From Euglena gracilis (lineage: Eukaryota): DNA of 64,000 bases. The DNA is taken from the NCBI GenBank assembly GCA_039621445.1, contig CP154954.1, positions 48,215,847-48,279,846 on the forward strand, in the 5' to 3' direction. The notes under the pieces are model-generated. The model saw only the letters and a list, made by a program, of their open reading frames with translations, searched no databases and was not told where the DNA came from. A program made the translations under genes and the position numbers. Below are positions 1 through 42,664 of this stretch, in pieces; the stretch's first letter is position 1, and every line of letters begins with the position of its first letter.

Positions 1-71
1 TCAATTTAAAAACACCGATGGAAGCCAAATGCATCGGGTCAAACGTCGACCCAGTGTTGGTTGAGAACGAC

Positions 72-1524
72 CAAGCACCTCTGGTCAGCCATGCCCTTGG
101 GCCCAGCATCGCGCAGCATCGCCCAGCATCGCCCAGCATCGCCTTTGGAGCCCTTGAAGGTGTACCTATAATGCCTGTTGCTTTTGCCGCTCTAGCCCAC
201 TTTTGGTTACTTTTGGCCATCTTTGGTTGCTTTTTGACCACTTTGACCACTTTTGACTGCTTTTTGCCCACATTGACCACTTTTGACTGCTTTTTGACCA
301 CTGTTGCCCACATTTGCTGCCTTTTGACCAATTTTGACTGCTTCTTGACCACTTTTGCTGCTTTTTGCCCACCTTTGCCCATTTCCAACCACCTTTGCAG
401 CTTTTTTGATCACTTTTGATGCTTTTTGACCACTTTGGGCCCCTTTTGCCTGCTTTTTGACCACTTTTGACAACTTTTGTTGCTTTTCAACCACTTTTGC
501 CCACGTTTGCTACTTTTTGCCCACTTTTGGCCATTGTTGCTGCTTTTTGATCACTTTCACTTTTTTTTTACCCACTTTTGCTGCTTTTGACCACTTTTGC
601 CCACTTTTTTACCACTTTTGCAGCTTTCTGGCCACTTTTACCCCACTTTTGCCTGCTTTTTGACCACTTTTTGACCACTTTTGCTGCTTTTGCCGGAGGA
701 TGTGGTGCAGGCCTGTGAGATGGCAACATCGAGTGCAAGTTGCAAGCCTCTTGCCGGTCAGACAAACAAAATCCAAAACAGTTGTTGTGCTGGAGGGTGG
801 AGGGTGGCACCCCATCTTGTCCATCTGCATCTTGTCCAGTATCTGCATCTTGTCCAGTATCTGCATCTTGTCCATCAACTGCATCTTGTCCACCATCTGC
901 ATGTTGTCCAGTGTCTGCATCCAGTTCATCTTGTCCAGCATCGGCATCTTGTCCAGTATCTGCATCTTCTCCGGCATCTGCATCTTGTCCAGCATCGGCA
1001 TCTTGTCCAGCATCTGCGCCTTGTCCATTATCTGTCCAGTATTCATCCGTTGGCTGCTGACCAAGCCAAAATAACCACAAAAGCCCAAAAAATGGCCACA
1101 AAAAGCCCAAAATTGACCGCAAAAGGCCCCAAAAAGCAACCAAAATAACCAAAAATTGCCCAAAAACGCCAACAATGTCCACAAAAGATTGTGAAAAATG
1201 ACCCAAAATCACCGCAAAAAGGCGCAAAATGGCCAAAAATGCCATAAAATCTGCTCAAAAAGGCCCCAATTAGCCCAATATTTGCCAAAGCAGCGATAAA
1301 TAGCCCCCCAAATTTGCAAAAAATTGACCCATTATGGCCAAAAAGGGTGTAAAACTGGAGCTTTGTGGGAAAATTGACCAAAAATAGTTCAATTCTCCAA
1401 AATATACAAAAAAAATGCTAGCATCCCCCAGCATCGCCTAGCATCGCCCAGCATCGGAACCCCACCTCTGGTCTCCAAAAATCCAGCATCGCCCAGCATC
1501 GCCCAGCATCATCAGAGGTGCTTG
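72..1524. mobile_element. hAT-like MITE, family A (CAAGCACCTCTG TIR)
   Basis: 12-bp TIR CAAGCACCTCTG...CAGAGGTGCTTG. Perfect 8-bp TSD AGAACGAC (64-71 and 1525-1532). Internal CCCAGCATCG, TTTTGACCAC and 18-bp repeats. Confidence 0.9.
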
Positions 1525-4500
1525 AGAACGACCGCCTTCTGGTTTATCCCCCTTCCACACTGCTTCTGACTGTGCATACCACCGTTGCCTCCTCCGGAGG
1601 CATGTTGAAGATGAAGAAGAGCCAGAAAAAAAAGAGGTGGTTTGGGCATTTTGTCTGAAATTCAGCAAAAACGGCAGCTTTTCAAAGAAAAAATGCTGTA
1701 AGACTCCTTTAAAAAAAACAATTAAAAAGGCCTTGAATTTTTCAGAACTTGGAGGACTCCTTCCGAAAACCCCCCAAAATTTTTCGATTGCTGCCACCGA
1801 CTGCTGAAACAGGCGTCTCTCCGTCCATATCTTGAATCACTTCTTCGTCAGCCTTCCCCGAACCCTGATTTTAGGCCACCAAAACCGTTGGGTTCCAGGA
1901 GGAGGGCTCTGGGAGGTGCTTTTGTTTCTCCTGAGAAATCAACCTCAGGTTTTTTGGCTGTTTTTCGGGACAAAATATCACCTTTACCGCAGCTCACCCG
2001 GCCTGGCAACTGACAAATGCGTTCCTCTGCTGTCCATGCAGACAACCCCTTCACCACTGGCCAGGGGGAAAATTACCGCCTCCTCACTGGAGAGGAGGGT
2101 GTCCACCTCCTGCTCAAATGCCAGGCGGGTTTCCGCCTGCTCGGGTGCTTGCTGTCCCGCGCAGCAGCCACAACTCCCTTTCAACCTGTCGTGTTTCAAA
2201 CATTGTGCCGCGGACACCGACCACCGACACCGACACCTCGGGACACCAAAATATCACAGACACAACCCATCAGGACAGCTAGAAGCTCCAGGCAGGTTTC
2301 CGCCCAAACCACATCTGGGTGGAAACCCGCGCAAAGTAAAAGCGGAGTAGGCGGATAACCGCCACTGCTGCCATTCAATAACGCCTCAAAGCCCTCCTCC
2401 CTCTCCCCCAAACTTGTTCATTAACAACTTCAGGTGCTGACCAAGTTCTGGAGGTCTCAGCGCGTTCCCACTTCCCGCTCCCCCGTGTCATCCACAAACA
2501 CAAACTCTTCTCATTCTCAAACACTTCTGCGCGGGTTTCTGCCTGAAAGATCCCCAGCTCACCCACATCATTCAATGCCGTGTGTGCTGCATCCCCACCC
2601 CACACAAACACCATCCACCAAACAAAATAAAAATCCAACACAACATGCCAACCCATTCTTGGCAGCTGTGCTTGAAGCTTTCTAACGTTTCATCCATTCA
2701 TGTGCGCGGAGATCCGCCTGCAAACGGTCTTACAAAAACTTCCAAAAAAAGGCGTGTTCTGTTTCCGCACCGCCTCAAACAAATTTTTTGAGTATCCCTC
2801 AGCAGAGGTTGACAGGTGGGAAAAAATGTTCAGTTTTGCGTGGCCCAGGTGTGTCATCAGCAGGGAACTTGTGCGCTGACAAATTAAAGACACCACACAC
2901 TCAAACCGCATCCCATTTCAGTTCATCTTTGCCCCAAGCTTCTCAAAGTTCTTGAACTTGTGATGGCCAGAATGGTGTTGAAGCCTTTCCCAACATCTCT
3001 GTTCCGGATTGCAGCACAGGCAACCACGCCCCCCTCCCTCCCGTGCCTTCCTGCTCCAACTGTCATCCCGCACTGCCAAATGATACGGTGTGGTGCACAT
3101 CCCAGGAGGAGGGGGATGCTGGGGAGCTTGTAAACCAAACACGACACCCGGGACAAGCACACACAGCACACACCTCGTTGCGGAATCATCACTGCTTTAC
3201 GTGGTAAACCGCCTAACCTCATTTTTAATGTTATTCCCAGTCCGATCCCCTCCGTAAGGGCAGCATCCCTCTTTCATTAAAACAAAATTTGCGCGGTTTA
3301 TTGCCTAACACCTCTCTTCCAGAAATTATAGCATCTTTTGGGCAGTGCTGTCCGTTCACCAATCACTGGACCTCGGGACTCACGAGATGTTCAAAAATGG
3401 GCGGGTTGCTTAGGCGGCTGCCTGTTCTTCACCTGCAACACCGTGCCACCCCCCTCCAGAGGGGGGGTCCGGTAGCATCGCCAAACAACCGGGGCTCCAG
3501 AGGCTAGGTGTTCTCCCGCTGTTTTCTGTATTTCAAAATTTCAGGGCGTTCCAGGGGGGTGTTTTCCAAACCCCCCCCTAAATCGACCATAAATTTTCAA
3601 AATCGCCACTTTGTCAAAATGCCCAGAATGGGCCCAAAACGACCCAAATTTTCGTACTGGTGTCATCCCCTCAAAATTTTGAGCACAAATCAATGGGTTT
3701 TGTAAACGGAAAACCGCGCACCCCAAAAGCACAAAAAATAAATAAAAAATTGGGCAATAAGCGCCGCCTAAGATAGAGGGGGGGGGAGACGACGCGCAGT
3801 CGGCCTCAGGGAAGGGAGGGGGGAGAGGGAGGGAGAGAGGAAGGGAGAGAAGGGTAAGCACAGCACAAAGAAAGTCAACATCAGCGCTTTGCTTGGGAGC
3901 GGTCAGCCAACAAAGCGTCAGGACGAGTCGTGTGGCACAGCATCAGGGGGTCGCTGGCATTAGGCCCCCGGGCTGTCTGAACTTTCCTTGCGTGATGGGG
4001 TTTGTACTGAATGAAATAATTTGCTGTTTTTGAAAAAAAATGTTCAGGTCATTGGACCATGACAAGTGAATTTTCAGCCTGTTTCGTCCAAAATGGCCGC
4101 TTTGGCAAAATCATCGCCTACTTGCATTCATTCTCTTCACAAAGAGTAATTGTTGACGGACCTGGCTATGATCAAGGCGCAGCCAGAGACAAACCACTAT
4201 CGGTTTCTCGGTCATCCTCACCATGACTGCACATTCTGAAGGTTCCTGGTATTTGGTTTATTTCTGTAAAATACCTTGATGGGTTGGACGTGGGAGATCC
4301 CCAAACATACCAACGCTCTGCTTGAACCCAATTAGCACCGATGGGAGATGGGCAGGTCCAGCACTGGCCCATCCCAGGACGGGTTGCATGGCAAAGGCTT
4401 GGTGCGCGGGAGGGTCGATCTCCCTCCTGCGCAAATTTGGAACCAAATGAAAACTGTGAACTAAAAACTGGCACTTCTGGAAAACGGGAAGAGGTGGCGG

Positions 4501-4891
4501 GGGGATCAGATCCACACCAGGGCGTTGCTTGAGGATCCCCCCGGGGGGGTCCAGCTCAGAGGCTGGAAAATTTGGGCTGGTTGGGAAAAGGTTGCTGGCT
4601 GACCCCCCCCCGGGCTCCCGGGTCGGAGCGGAACGTGACCCGCGTCAAACCAGGTACCAAGAACTCAAACTGCAAAAATGTCCCAAAAACTGCCAATGCA
4701 AAAATAATCGATGTTTTGACCCCAACTTTGTCCTGGCCAGCCCCTTTCCAATCCATTTTCGCCCATTTTTGACCCGTTTTTTTTTGACCATTTTTGACCT
4801 CCGAAAGCAAAAAATGTGCGTTACCGTCTTTGGTCTTTGGGCGGCTGGAAATAAATACACTTGATGGAAGGGAGGGGTTCGCTGGCTGGAC

Positions 4892-5134
4892 CATGCTTGT
4901 GCTTACCGACGGGGGGGGTGCTATAGGGTGCCTGCCCCTAGCAGGCACACCCTCCCCGGGGGGGGGGTAGGCACACACCCCCCTGCGGGGGGGGGGACCC
5001 AGAAAATTTTCATTGAAAATGGCCTTTTCCGGGCCCCCGGCGCCTTCGACGCCGGGGTCGGATCGGGTGCTATGGGGTGCCTGCCCCTAGCACCCCCCCC
5101 CCCCCCGTGGGGCACCCGACTAAGCACAAGCCTG
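4892..5134. mobile_element. hAT-like MITE, family B
   Basis: TIR CATGCTTGTGCTTA...TAAGCACAAGCCTG. Perfect TSD GGCTGGAC. Confidence 0.85.
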
Positions 5135-5355
5135 GGCTGGACCCCACCGAGGGGGGGGGGGGATTTTCTCAAGCAACGCCCTGCCCCCCACCAGGATGGG
5201 AATGGGGGGAGGATTGCATGGGGGTTGGCCACGTGGTGTAGCTGGCCGCGGCCACTGCAATACCACCACCAGCAGTTGCGCCGCGCTACGTCCCTTTAAT
5301 TTTTTCTCATGCAAGCAAATCAAGTTGGTTCCACGTCCCCACTATCTTGGCTGGT

Positions 5356-5959
5356 GCTCAGCGAACCCAGCCCTGCCAGGGTTAATGCGTACGGGGATCA
5401 GAGCAAGGTGCCAAAAGTGCCGAGAGAGGATCCTTTTGCTGAAAATCGGCAGGGAGTTTATTCTTTGGGCCTCTTATGGGGTGGTTAACCCCAATTCATC
5501 ATGAAAATATGCTGACGCGTTGCTGTGGGTCCTATCCTTTGAGAAAACTCACTGGGGGCATTCGTGTGTAGTCGCGGCCAGCCGCAGCTGCGCGCCACTT
5601 CCATGGAAACCCTCCTGGGGGTGGGGGGCGTCACCCACCACCAATACCTACCCCCCCGCTCAGCGAACCCAGCCCTGCCAGGGTTAATGCGTACGGGGAT
5701 CAGAGCAAGGTGCCAAAAGTGCCGAGAGAGGATCCTTTTGCTGAAAATCGGCAGGGAGTTTATTCTTTGGGCCTCTTATGGGGTGGTTAACCCCAATTCA
5801 TCATGAAAATATGCTGACGCGTTGCTGTGGGTCCTATCCTTTGAGAAAACTCACTGGGGGCATTCGTGTGTAGTCGCGGCCAGCCGCAGCTGCGCGCCAC
5901 TTCCATGGAAACCCTCCTGGGGGTGGGGGGCGTCACCCACCACCAATACCTACCCCCCC
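5356..5959. repeat. Tandem duplication, 2 x 302 bp, apparently identical
   Basis: GCTCAGCGAACCCAGCCC... begins at both 5356 and 5658 and the copies match throughout by eye. Confidence 0.9.
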
Positions 5960-6071
5960 CCCCGGGAAACTGTCACCTGACAGGTTGGCCGGTACCGGGG
6001 ACCCTGACAGTTTCCCGGGTGGGACCCTGACAGGTTCTCGGGCATGACAGTTTCCCAGGGGGGGGGGTAGG
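5949..6071. mobile_element. Small hairpin MITE flanked by TA (Tc1/mariner-like)
   Basis: TA|CCTACCCCC..GGGAAACTGTCA ... TGACAGTTTCCC.GGGGGTAGG|TA. Confidence 0.6.
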
Positions 6072-7908
6072 TAGGGTTCCTGATTCCCGTTCAGGTGGTC
6101 GGCCCGGCCACCTTGCACGTTTCGTTTGGATTGATTTGACTGGATTCGAGATCGCATTTGGAGTAGGTGAATGGCATGGTCCTGTCTCGAGCAAGAAAGC
6201 CTCAGCCCAAGCAGTCAGTTTTGGGACCTGGTGCCAGCCGACCAAACCAATATTCCCTTGATAACGGCCCTTTCAGACCCTGGCACCCAGGGCACCGGGG
6301 GTGTGCTCTTGCTCAACCCACCACAAACCCAACCCTCCCCCGGGGACGAAAATGCCCAATCCCCTGCCTGGGGGTGCGAAACTCCTTAAAAAAGAGCCTG
6401 GCAAATGACGGAAGCCTGCGTTGAGGCAGCCCCTGGTTGACACATAATGCAACGGGCGATTACTTTGGAGGGGTCAGGGGGTCTTTGACAGGGAGCAACA
6501 ACCTGGAAAATTGCGGCTAATCATGACAGGTGGTACCTCGTTGCTTTAGTATATGACCTCCCTGACTTTTTTTGAGCCCTGGGCTATTGTAGTCAACCCC
6601 CCACCCCTCACCCCCAGTTTCACCCCAGGCCTCTGCGGCCAATGTTGAAGGGGTTTGGCTCAATACTACAAATGCCGATATTTTTCTGCACCCCCCCCCC
6701 AAATTGTGGCTTAAATTTACGTCAAAGATGCAAACAAATGCTTCAATCGATGGCATGGACAGAAACCACTGCCGGTGCTGCAACCACGCATCCTGCGACA
6801 TATTGTGAACAAGACGGCGTTTCCTGTATTGGGCCAAAATTTTTTGGAGAAATTGCCCAAGATGGGATTCAGAGTTGGTCCGGGGGGGGGTTGGGCTGGC
6901 TGGCTGGGTTGGGGCCTCGCACCGACTTAGGCAGTCAAAAAGAAAGCCCCCCCCCCCCGCCTGGTGTGTGTGGTGTGGCAGTGGCGGCCCCCTGGCCTGC
7001 TCTATGCCAACAGGGGAAGTGTGCTGTCGGTGGGCCCTGGCAGGGTTTGGCGGGAGGGTGCCTGGTGCGGAAGGGGGGATGAGGCGTTGGACGAGACGTC
7101 TTCCTCCCAGGGGTTGATGGAGGGCCAGGTGGGAGGGCTTCCGGACCCCCCCCCCCTCGAGGAGGGGTCGACACCAACCCACCGAGGTAGGGCGAGGGAC
7201 GAGGGAGGGCCATCCACCTTTTGGGATTCATTGTGGGTTCCAAAAAAAATTCTTTCGATGCTGTGTGCAAAGCAAAAAAACATGTGTGTGGGGCCAATCA
7301 ATCCATACTCCTTCGGGGGGATTGGCCATCCACCTGCCCATCTCCCCCAGGTCACCGATCATTGTAAAAATTGAAATCTCGAACTTCCCAATTGACTATG
7401 GATGACCAACACCAACCGATTTCACAAACCCACTGGGGCAGAAAGGCATTCCACATCGGCCCTTCCGCGTCGGTCGGACCGGGTACTGCCTGGAACCACC
7501 AGACGCATGCACCTTGACCCTCCGGCGGATGCCAAACCCTGGGCTCCGGGTCGCACACGCCGGGGACGGCAGTGGCGGGCCCCCCGCGCAAGACAACGGG
7601 GGACGGCGGCTGGGCCGGGAGGCTGGGGGCTCACCGGAAAAAACCCATTCAGGGGGGGGGGGGGGGTGCATTGTGGCCCAGCGGGGCCGGCTGGGGCCGA
7701 AACCGTCAGTGTTCCTTGGGGGGGGGGGGAGAAGGGTGGGACCACTGTTGAAGGGGGCAGGTTTGGGCAACAAATGGTGTTCAGTGCCGGGCGCCAAAAC
7801 AGATAACACGGGAGTCACTCTGGGGTTCCTACGCGATTGCACCAGCCAGCAACACCATGACCGGGCCAGCTGAACAGCAGAACAGACTTTGGGTCTCCTT
7901 TGTTTGCA

Positions 7909-8201
7909 GAACAGGCCGAGCCCCAGAAGACCAGCAGCCAGACTGCCATTGGCACACACCCCACACAGGGTTTGGTCAGGACGAACGGTGCCGAACAGGC
8001 GTGCTGGGGGGGGGGACGACGAGTCGGGGCGTGGCAGACTGTGGAGGCCCGGCGCTGGCTGGTGTGAAAGCAGCTGTGGCCCAAGGCGGGTGTGGGGAAG
8101 GGCAGTCGCGAAAGCAACCCCCTTCTAAAAAGGCTGTGTATGCGTGCTTGTGTGCGTGCATATGTGCGCGTGCGTGCGTGCATGAGTGAGCGAGTGTGTG
8201 T

Positions 8202-8239
<38 letters not shown>

Positions 8240-10081
8240 ACTGTGCCTTGGATGGGAAAGCAACCACAGGGTTGCAAGGGTCGCTTGGGGTTTCCGGAGG
8301 CTGTTGGGGCCACCCTGGCACTGATGTGGGCCTGCTCATGTGCCCCTCCACCTGGACCAAATCAGCCACCGCCGAGCGCAGAGGTCGGGCATGCTTGGAG
8401 GCAGCTCAGCATCAAGCGATATCCAGAGCTGGCTCTTTCTCCACTCGTGGGAGTCACACCCCAGGGGGGGGTCAGCCTGTCTTATAAAGTGACTTCAGAG
8501 GCGCTCCTCCAAAGTTTGTCAGAAGCCTGGCCCACACGGCCCACACGTGCAACCCCCCCTGCAGAAAAACTCCTATTACTATTATTATCGTTACTATTAC
8601 TATTACTCAGACGCTTGGTTAAAATCTCGGGGGGGGGGGTATTATTTGGGGGGCGATTGTTTAGATTTTTGCGTCGGAAAACGGGCCCCCTGCAGAAATG
8701 CCCTCAAAATGCCCATTTCCCCCAAAATGACCTATTTTTTTTTTCAGGACCCTTCTGTCAAGATGACCAGTTTTTTTTTGCACAAAAAACTTGTTTCAGA
8801 AAAAATTGGCACCTTTCTTGTGTCCTTACAGGTGGAAAAAAGGTCAGGACGTTCAGAACACCCATGGGGGCCCTTGTTCATATTTCTGATCCTATCTGGA
8901 GATATTACTTGGGGGGGGGGGGCTATTATTCGGGGGGGGGTCAGCGGCAAATCGAGGTGGACAAAGGCCTTTCCTCGGCTTGCACACAGCAAAGCATTGT
9001 GTCTCTCCGAAAACCACACCCACCGCATCAATGGCCAGCCTCACACTCAGTCAGAAAAGCCCAGTGTGGGGGGACAATGTGATGGTGAAGGGAAGGGAGG
9101 GGGTGAGGCTCAGGTCAGGCGGGGCAGCATTTCAACGGCGAGGCCATGGGAATGTTCACAGCCACAGTGCAGAGGACACCGGAAGGAGTGAAAAAACTCT
9201 CCTCCCATCAACTCCCACCAACCACGTGCATTCCATACACCGACCCCTGGTTGGAAGTTGATTGGTGTGGTTGCCGGAGGAATCACACCGCTCGGCAATG
9301 ATACTGATCACCCGCATCGTTGCACGGCGACACTTCACAATAATACTAATTAACTAAGGCCGAAATGCTGCAGTGCCATCGCCCCTGATTTTCAAGCTTG
9401 GAAGGAATGCAGACCTTCCACGTGAAAAATTGTTCCTCCTGCCTGGCCGAATTACCCCAGGTCCCGGCCGCATCTGACAGGGGGGGGGTCATCATTTAGA
9501 GGTCTTAAAAGCGGTCTCCGGATGAATGGCCGCGGGGATGCTTGAGTGACCATGGGGCCGGGACAGCCCCATCAATCCCCTTCCCCAGACGGTTCACCAC
9601 AAAGCAGGACGGCGCCAGCAGGGCACAGGGGAGGGCACGCAATCGCGGGGGGCCGTGCGGGGCGTGTGTTGGTCAGGGGGTGGGGGAGGTAGGCAAAAAC
9701 AATGCCTGCAAAACATGTGCAATAAAAATGATGCTGCACAAAAATAAGAATGGAAAACAGGCAAGTGGAAAGTTCTCTCGAACTGTCGAATTGAAACAAC
9801 CACGTTGCCATAACTCGAATGTGGCAAGGTGGTTTTTTTTTTGTATCAAGTTCATTGCCCACTGGGAAATCATTTTCTTTCAACAACAGGTGTCCTCCCC
9901 ACCAGGCACGCCTGATGAGGAGGCACCAATGGAAGAAAGCAAAATTGAAGTGAGGCAACTGACACTGACGCGCCTTCGGTCCACAGAGGCCCCCGAGGGA
10001 AGGTTTATGGACGAGAGCTGTACAGCAGGGGGCACCTTGAAGCATTCGACGGGACACAGGAGGGCAAAGCGCTGCACATAG
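7909..10081 (+). CDS. Possible plus-strand multi-exon gene (low-complexity hypothetical protein); putative last exon 9890-10081
   Basis: Several GC-rich blocks follow pyrimidine+CAG acceptors (7909, 8239, 9589, 9890). No recognisable domain, and the frames were not resolved. Confidence 0.2.
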
Positions 10082-10816
10082 GGATTGCCTCTGTGTGTGC
10101 CTCGTGGAGGGCTGGGAAGGTTGGGCCGGCCCCCATCCAGTAAACCACGTCCCGAAACCTGCGGTGCCCTCCCACCAAAAGCTTCACCACCACCTCCCCG
10201 GCTCGGTTAGACCCCCCTCCCACACCTCCGGTCACCCCACCTCCAAATTCCCCACAGCGGTTACCTCGTGCTTGCCAGCGGTCGATCCTGTTGGTGAGGG
10301 TCCTAAGGCTGGGCCGGGGCCAAGGTAGGGTGGGGTTCATGTGCAGGGCGGGCCGGTCGCTGGGCGGGAGAGCCGTGCGTCCAGCAACCCGTGATGGCAG
10401 GGCGCTCCAACCGCGGGGAGGCAGGGTGTTGACGCCAGGCCAGGAGGGGCGGAACCGCAGGGGGTGGTCTGCAGCCACTTCCCCCTCATGGGCACGATGA
10501 GGGGGGCACACCCACACCTCCCCCCACCCAAGTGGTGGCCAAGCTTAAATGGGCGGCTTTCGGACCTCCCTTCGCAGGTGTCCAGGCGGACGTGCGAGGG
10601 GGGCATGGGGTGGGGAAATAAACCCACCCCAAAGCCGGAACGCCGCAGAGTGGGAAGGATCTGGGGCCTAACTCAGGAAAGCGCAACTGCCACATTCGAC
10701 CGTTCCACACAACAGTCGAGCTAACTTCCCGTGGGCACGCTTGCCACACGTGACTGGATGAGCCGGTCGAAGTCGGACGCCCTGGCTGTGGATGGGGTTG
10801 CGGTGTCGGTGACGCC

Positions 10817-38329
<27,513 letters not shown>

Positions 38330-38973
38330 CAGGGTGGGAGGGCCCGTGGGGAAGAAGACGGGGCGGCCTGGGAGTGTGGGGGTGAGGGGGGGGGGGGTTG
38401 GGAACAGGACACTGAGGGCAGTAGAGAAAACCTGAGGCGGTGGGTGCTTTGGGGCAATGGGAGTCGTGAACCGGCTGGGAGCCGTTTCGCGATGCCGGGG
38501 GACGCGACACCGCGAGGGGGAAATGGGAAATGAGGCATCGCACACGGCTGGGCTGAAAACTTTTCACAGACGCCCTATAATACCTCCCCATTTATGTGCT
38601 ACAGTGTGAAACTCCGACTTCGAAGAATCTTAAAGAATTCAATGCCCAAGCTTTACTGGGAGAAATGCACCCAAGAGCACTCCAATCTCCGCATGTTCAA
38701 TCAGTGTGCACCCATCGACTGACCCAACCGTTGCGAAACAAAAACCAGTGGAGACGACGAGAGGAACGGGCACCCGGTCCAGGTCCTGTCTGTGAAGAGG
38801 TCAGTCGGTGGGATAGCCGTTTGCCTGAATGAGCATTCTTCAGGGGACGAGAGCGAAGGAAGCGCTTGCAAGGCATCCCAGGGTCAATTTCTGGCAGGTG
38901 ATTACCAGCAGAAGGTGCGGGGAGGCCCACTACAGCAGCAGAATACCACACCCATCAACCAGAACACAACGGG

Positions 38974-40015
<1,042 letters not shown>

Positions 40016-40041
40016 AGAGAAACCCACCCACGCCTTTCCAC

Positions 40042-42333
40042 TCACCAACCACCAATCCACCGACCACCACGTGCGCACCCGTTCACACGCGCACACCCTG
40101 AGAGACATGTGTGGACTGTAAGTATTGCAGAAAGGGAAAAAAGGTTGCGAATGCGCATCAGAATCGTTCCAATGCTTCCAAAAAGATGATCCAGTGGCAT
40201 TCTGAGAGCAATAATATGTGTTATGACGGCCGACTTGCAGTGCACCTGCAGAACGAAATGGTCCTTGAGAAATTAAAAAAAATGGAAATGCGCCGTGTCC
40301 TGGCCGTCCTTGCAGACGTTGCTACAACTTAATGAAAACTGATGGAACATTTGTAAAAACAAATTGTAAAAAAAGGAAAAAAAGAGTGCTTGCACTGTTT
40401 TAAGATGACGAGAGCCCATTATGCCCACACCGCACACCAATAGACCCCAAAAAAGTTTGTACTAAAAACCAAAACACAAAATGGAGGAAAACAAATTTGC
40501 TGTGGCACACAGAGGTTGAAAAACCAACCCAAAAGCCAAAAAATGTTCCCCATTTGGTCTGTTGCAATTGGATGACAATATTGGTTCACATGCTTAAAAA
40601 TCACAGTCAAGGAAAACTCAGAACCAGAGCCCCCCTCCAAACATGATCACCTATGGGTGAAAGACCCCAAAATGAAAACGAGCCTTATTTGACCAACCTT
40701 CGATATTTGGCTGATACTTTGGAGCCACTGTCCCCTCCTTCCAGAGTGATATTGTCCGCCTGGGAGGGGGGGTATTGGTCGGGTGGCAGTTCCCCGCTTT
40801 TGCCATTTCTGTCCCGCCGCCCCGAAAAATGCCCTAAGTTCGGCAAAATCCATCAAACTGGGGCTTTACGGCTTTGAACTAAACGGGTTAGGGTGAGGAT
40901 TGGCTCACCAAAACTTGGCCAAATTTAGGTGAAAAGCGAGCCCAAATCAGCAGCCAAATTAGGCTTCACTCCGATGCATTCCGATAAACTTCTGGAAATA
41001 CGACATAACTAATACAACATTTTTTTTATAGTTCTTGTAGGTGTCAGAAAACAAATAATTTTCCATCCGTTCCTTTGCACAAAATGGAATAAATACATAT
41101 GTTTTTAGATTCAAATCTCAAAAACCAAAAATTTCAAAAGACTTCATTATTACCTGAATTTTATAAAAATTTCAGGGGGATTTCCCGTCGTCTCGAGCCC
41201 TTCGAGCCGTCAGAGAAAAGTCTTGACTTATTTTGGGGTCTTATTTCTGTTCATTTGTTTGGTCAGCCAGGGGGCTTTTAATCTTATAATTAAACTGTCG
41301 GAACAACATCCCCATGGGGCCATTATCCAGGGGGAGGGTTAGCTAGTGCCTTTGGTTTACGGCAGATCATGCTTCAAAGAAAAAGACAAATGCCAGGCAG
41401 CAGTTACGCCAGAAAGCAAAGCTGTGATCATCAGAAGGCGTACCCCACAGGGGCCTCACTGATTGGCCACGTGGGTGAAAATCCATTCGTCCAACTCCGT
41501 GCGGATGGCCTCGTTCATGTTCTGGAGAGCAACCCAGCAGGGGGCAAGGGAGCTGAATTGATTCTGATGAGTCAGCAAAGCAAACCACCGACAAGACCAA
41601 AAGGCCCCAAGCACCAACTGGTTTCATTCACCCCAAATGTTGAATGCCAGCGGAGGTTCATAGATCAGGGAACCAGTAAAAAAAACACGCTGGTCCCTGG
41701 CACAGGTGGAACAGGCCTCGGATAAATGTCGCCACATAGCCCGTCATTGTGAATGCCTTACAAGCGAACGGAACGGAACCCATATTCAGGAACCAGCTGG
41801 ATATCAACGCGGGGTGAGAGGAGGCTGCCTCCCGCGGGGACGGCAGCGCGGCCCAAATAACGGCGACCCGGCGGGCAGGCCCGGCACACCCCGGCCTTGT
41901 CGCAGATCTCCTTCGCGGTGAACGAGATGTCCACCTCGTTGATGGACAGCTCCACCTTGCCCTGCAGGGCCTTGTCCTTCTTCCGGTCGATGCACGCGCC
42001 GGTGTCTTGCAGCATTTGGAGCAGCCCTGGTCGGGGGGGGGGTTTGGTGGTGTCGTGGGCAGGGGGGGGGGTGTGGGAAGCAGGGGGCACCTAACGGGTG
42101 CCCTGTGGGGAGGATGGGACACCCCACATGGGTTTCCTTTTCTCTCCAACTTCGGAACCGCAGAAGAATAAGGGAGTGATGCTTTGACCTCTCCATACAC
42201 ATTTGGTTTCATCCATCTTTACACGCGGCTGCAAACCACAACACTACTCACATCCATGCATGCGCAAACACAGGCACATGCACGCACCTAGACCCTGGAC
42301 ACACACACGCACACGCACACGCACACGCACACA

Positions 42334-42388
<55 letters not shown>

Positions 42389-42664
42389 GTGCATGAATTT
42401 GTGCCTATATGTGCATCCATCCATCCATATTTGCGAACACCGAAATGAAAAGCTTCAACCAATTCCTTTCAACTTTTCAGATTCCCTTTGAACGGAGAAA
42501 TTAAATGGGATATTTCAAATTGCAACAACTGTCGGAAAAAAATGCAATACAAACTGTTATGCAGTGACAAGGCAGGAAACCTTGAATGCCACACCGGAAC
42601 GAATCAGGATGTCGTCCGTCTCCTCAAATGGCGGGCAAATAGTGATGGTGATTGTCTTCGGCAT
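40042..42664 (-). CDS. Small hypothetical protein; exons 42595-42664, 41890-42026 and probably 40245 downward
   Basis: MPKTITITICPPFEETDDILIRSG|LLQMLQDTGACIDRKKDKALQGKVELSINEVDISFTAKEICDKAG|VHCKSAVIT..., joined by phase-compatible GT-AG introns. The C-terminus is uncertain. Confidence 0.55.

Noticed and set aside
568-1245. ORFs with GQDADA / LSSICI repeats
   Set aside because: These are translations of the 18-bp internal repeat of a MITE. They are open in most frames and degenerate in the sibling copy at 31 kb.
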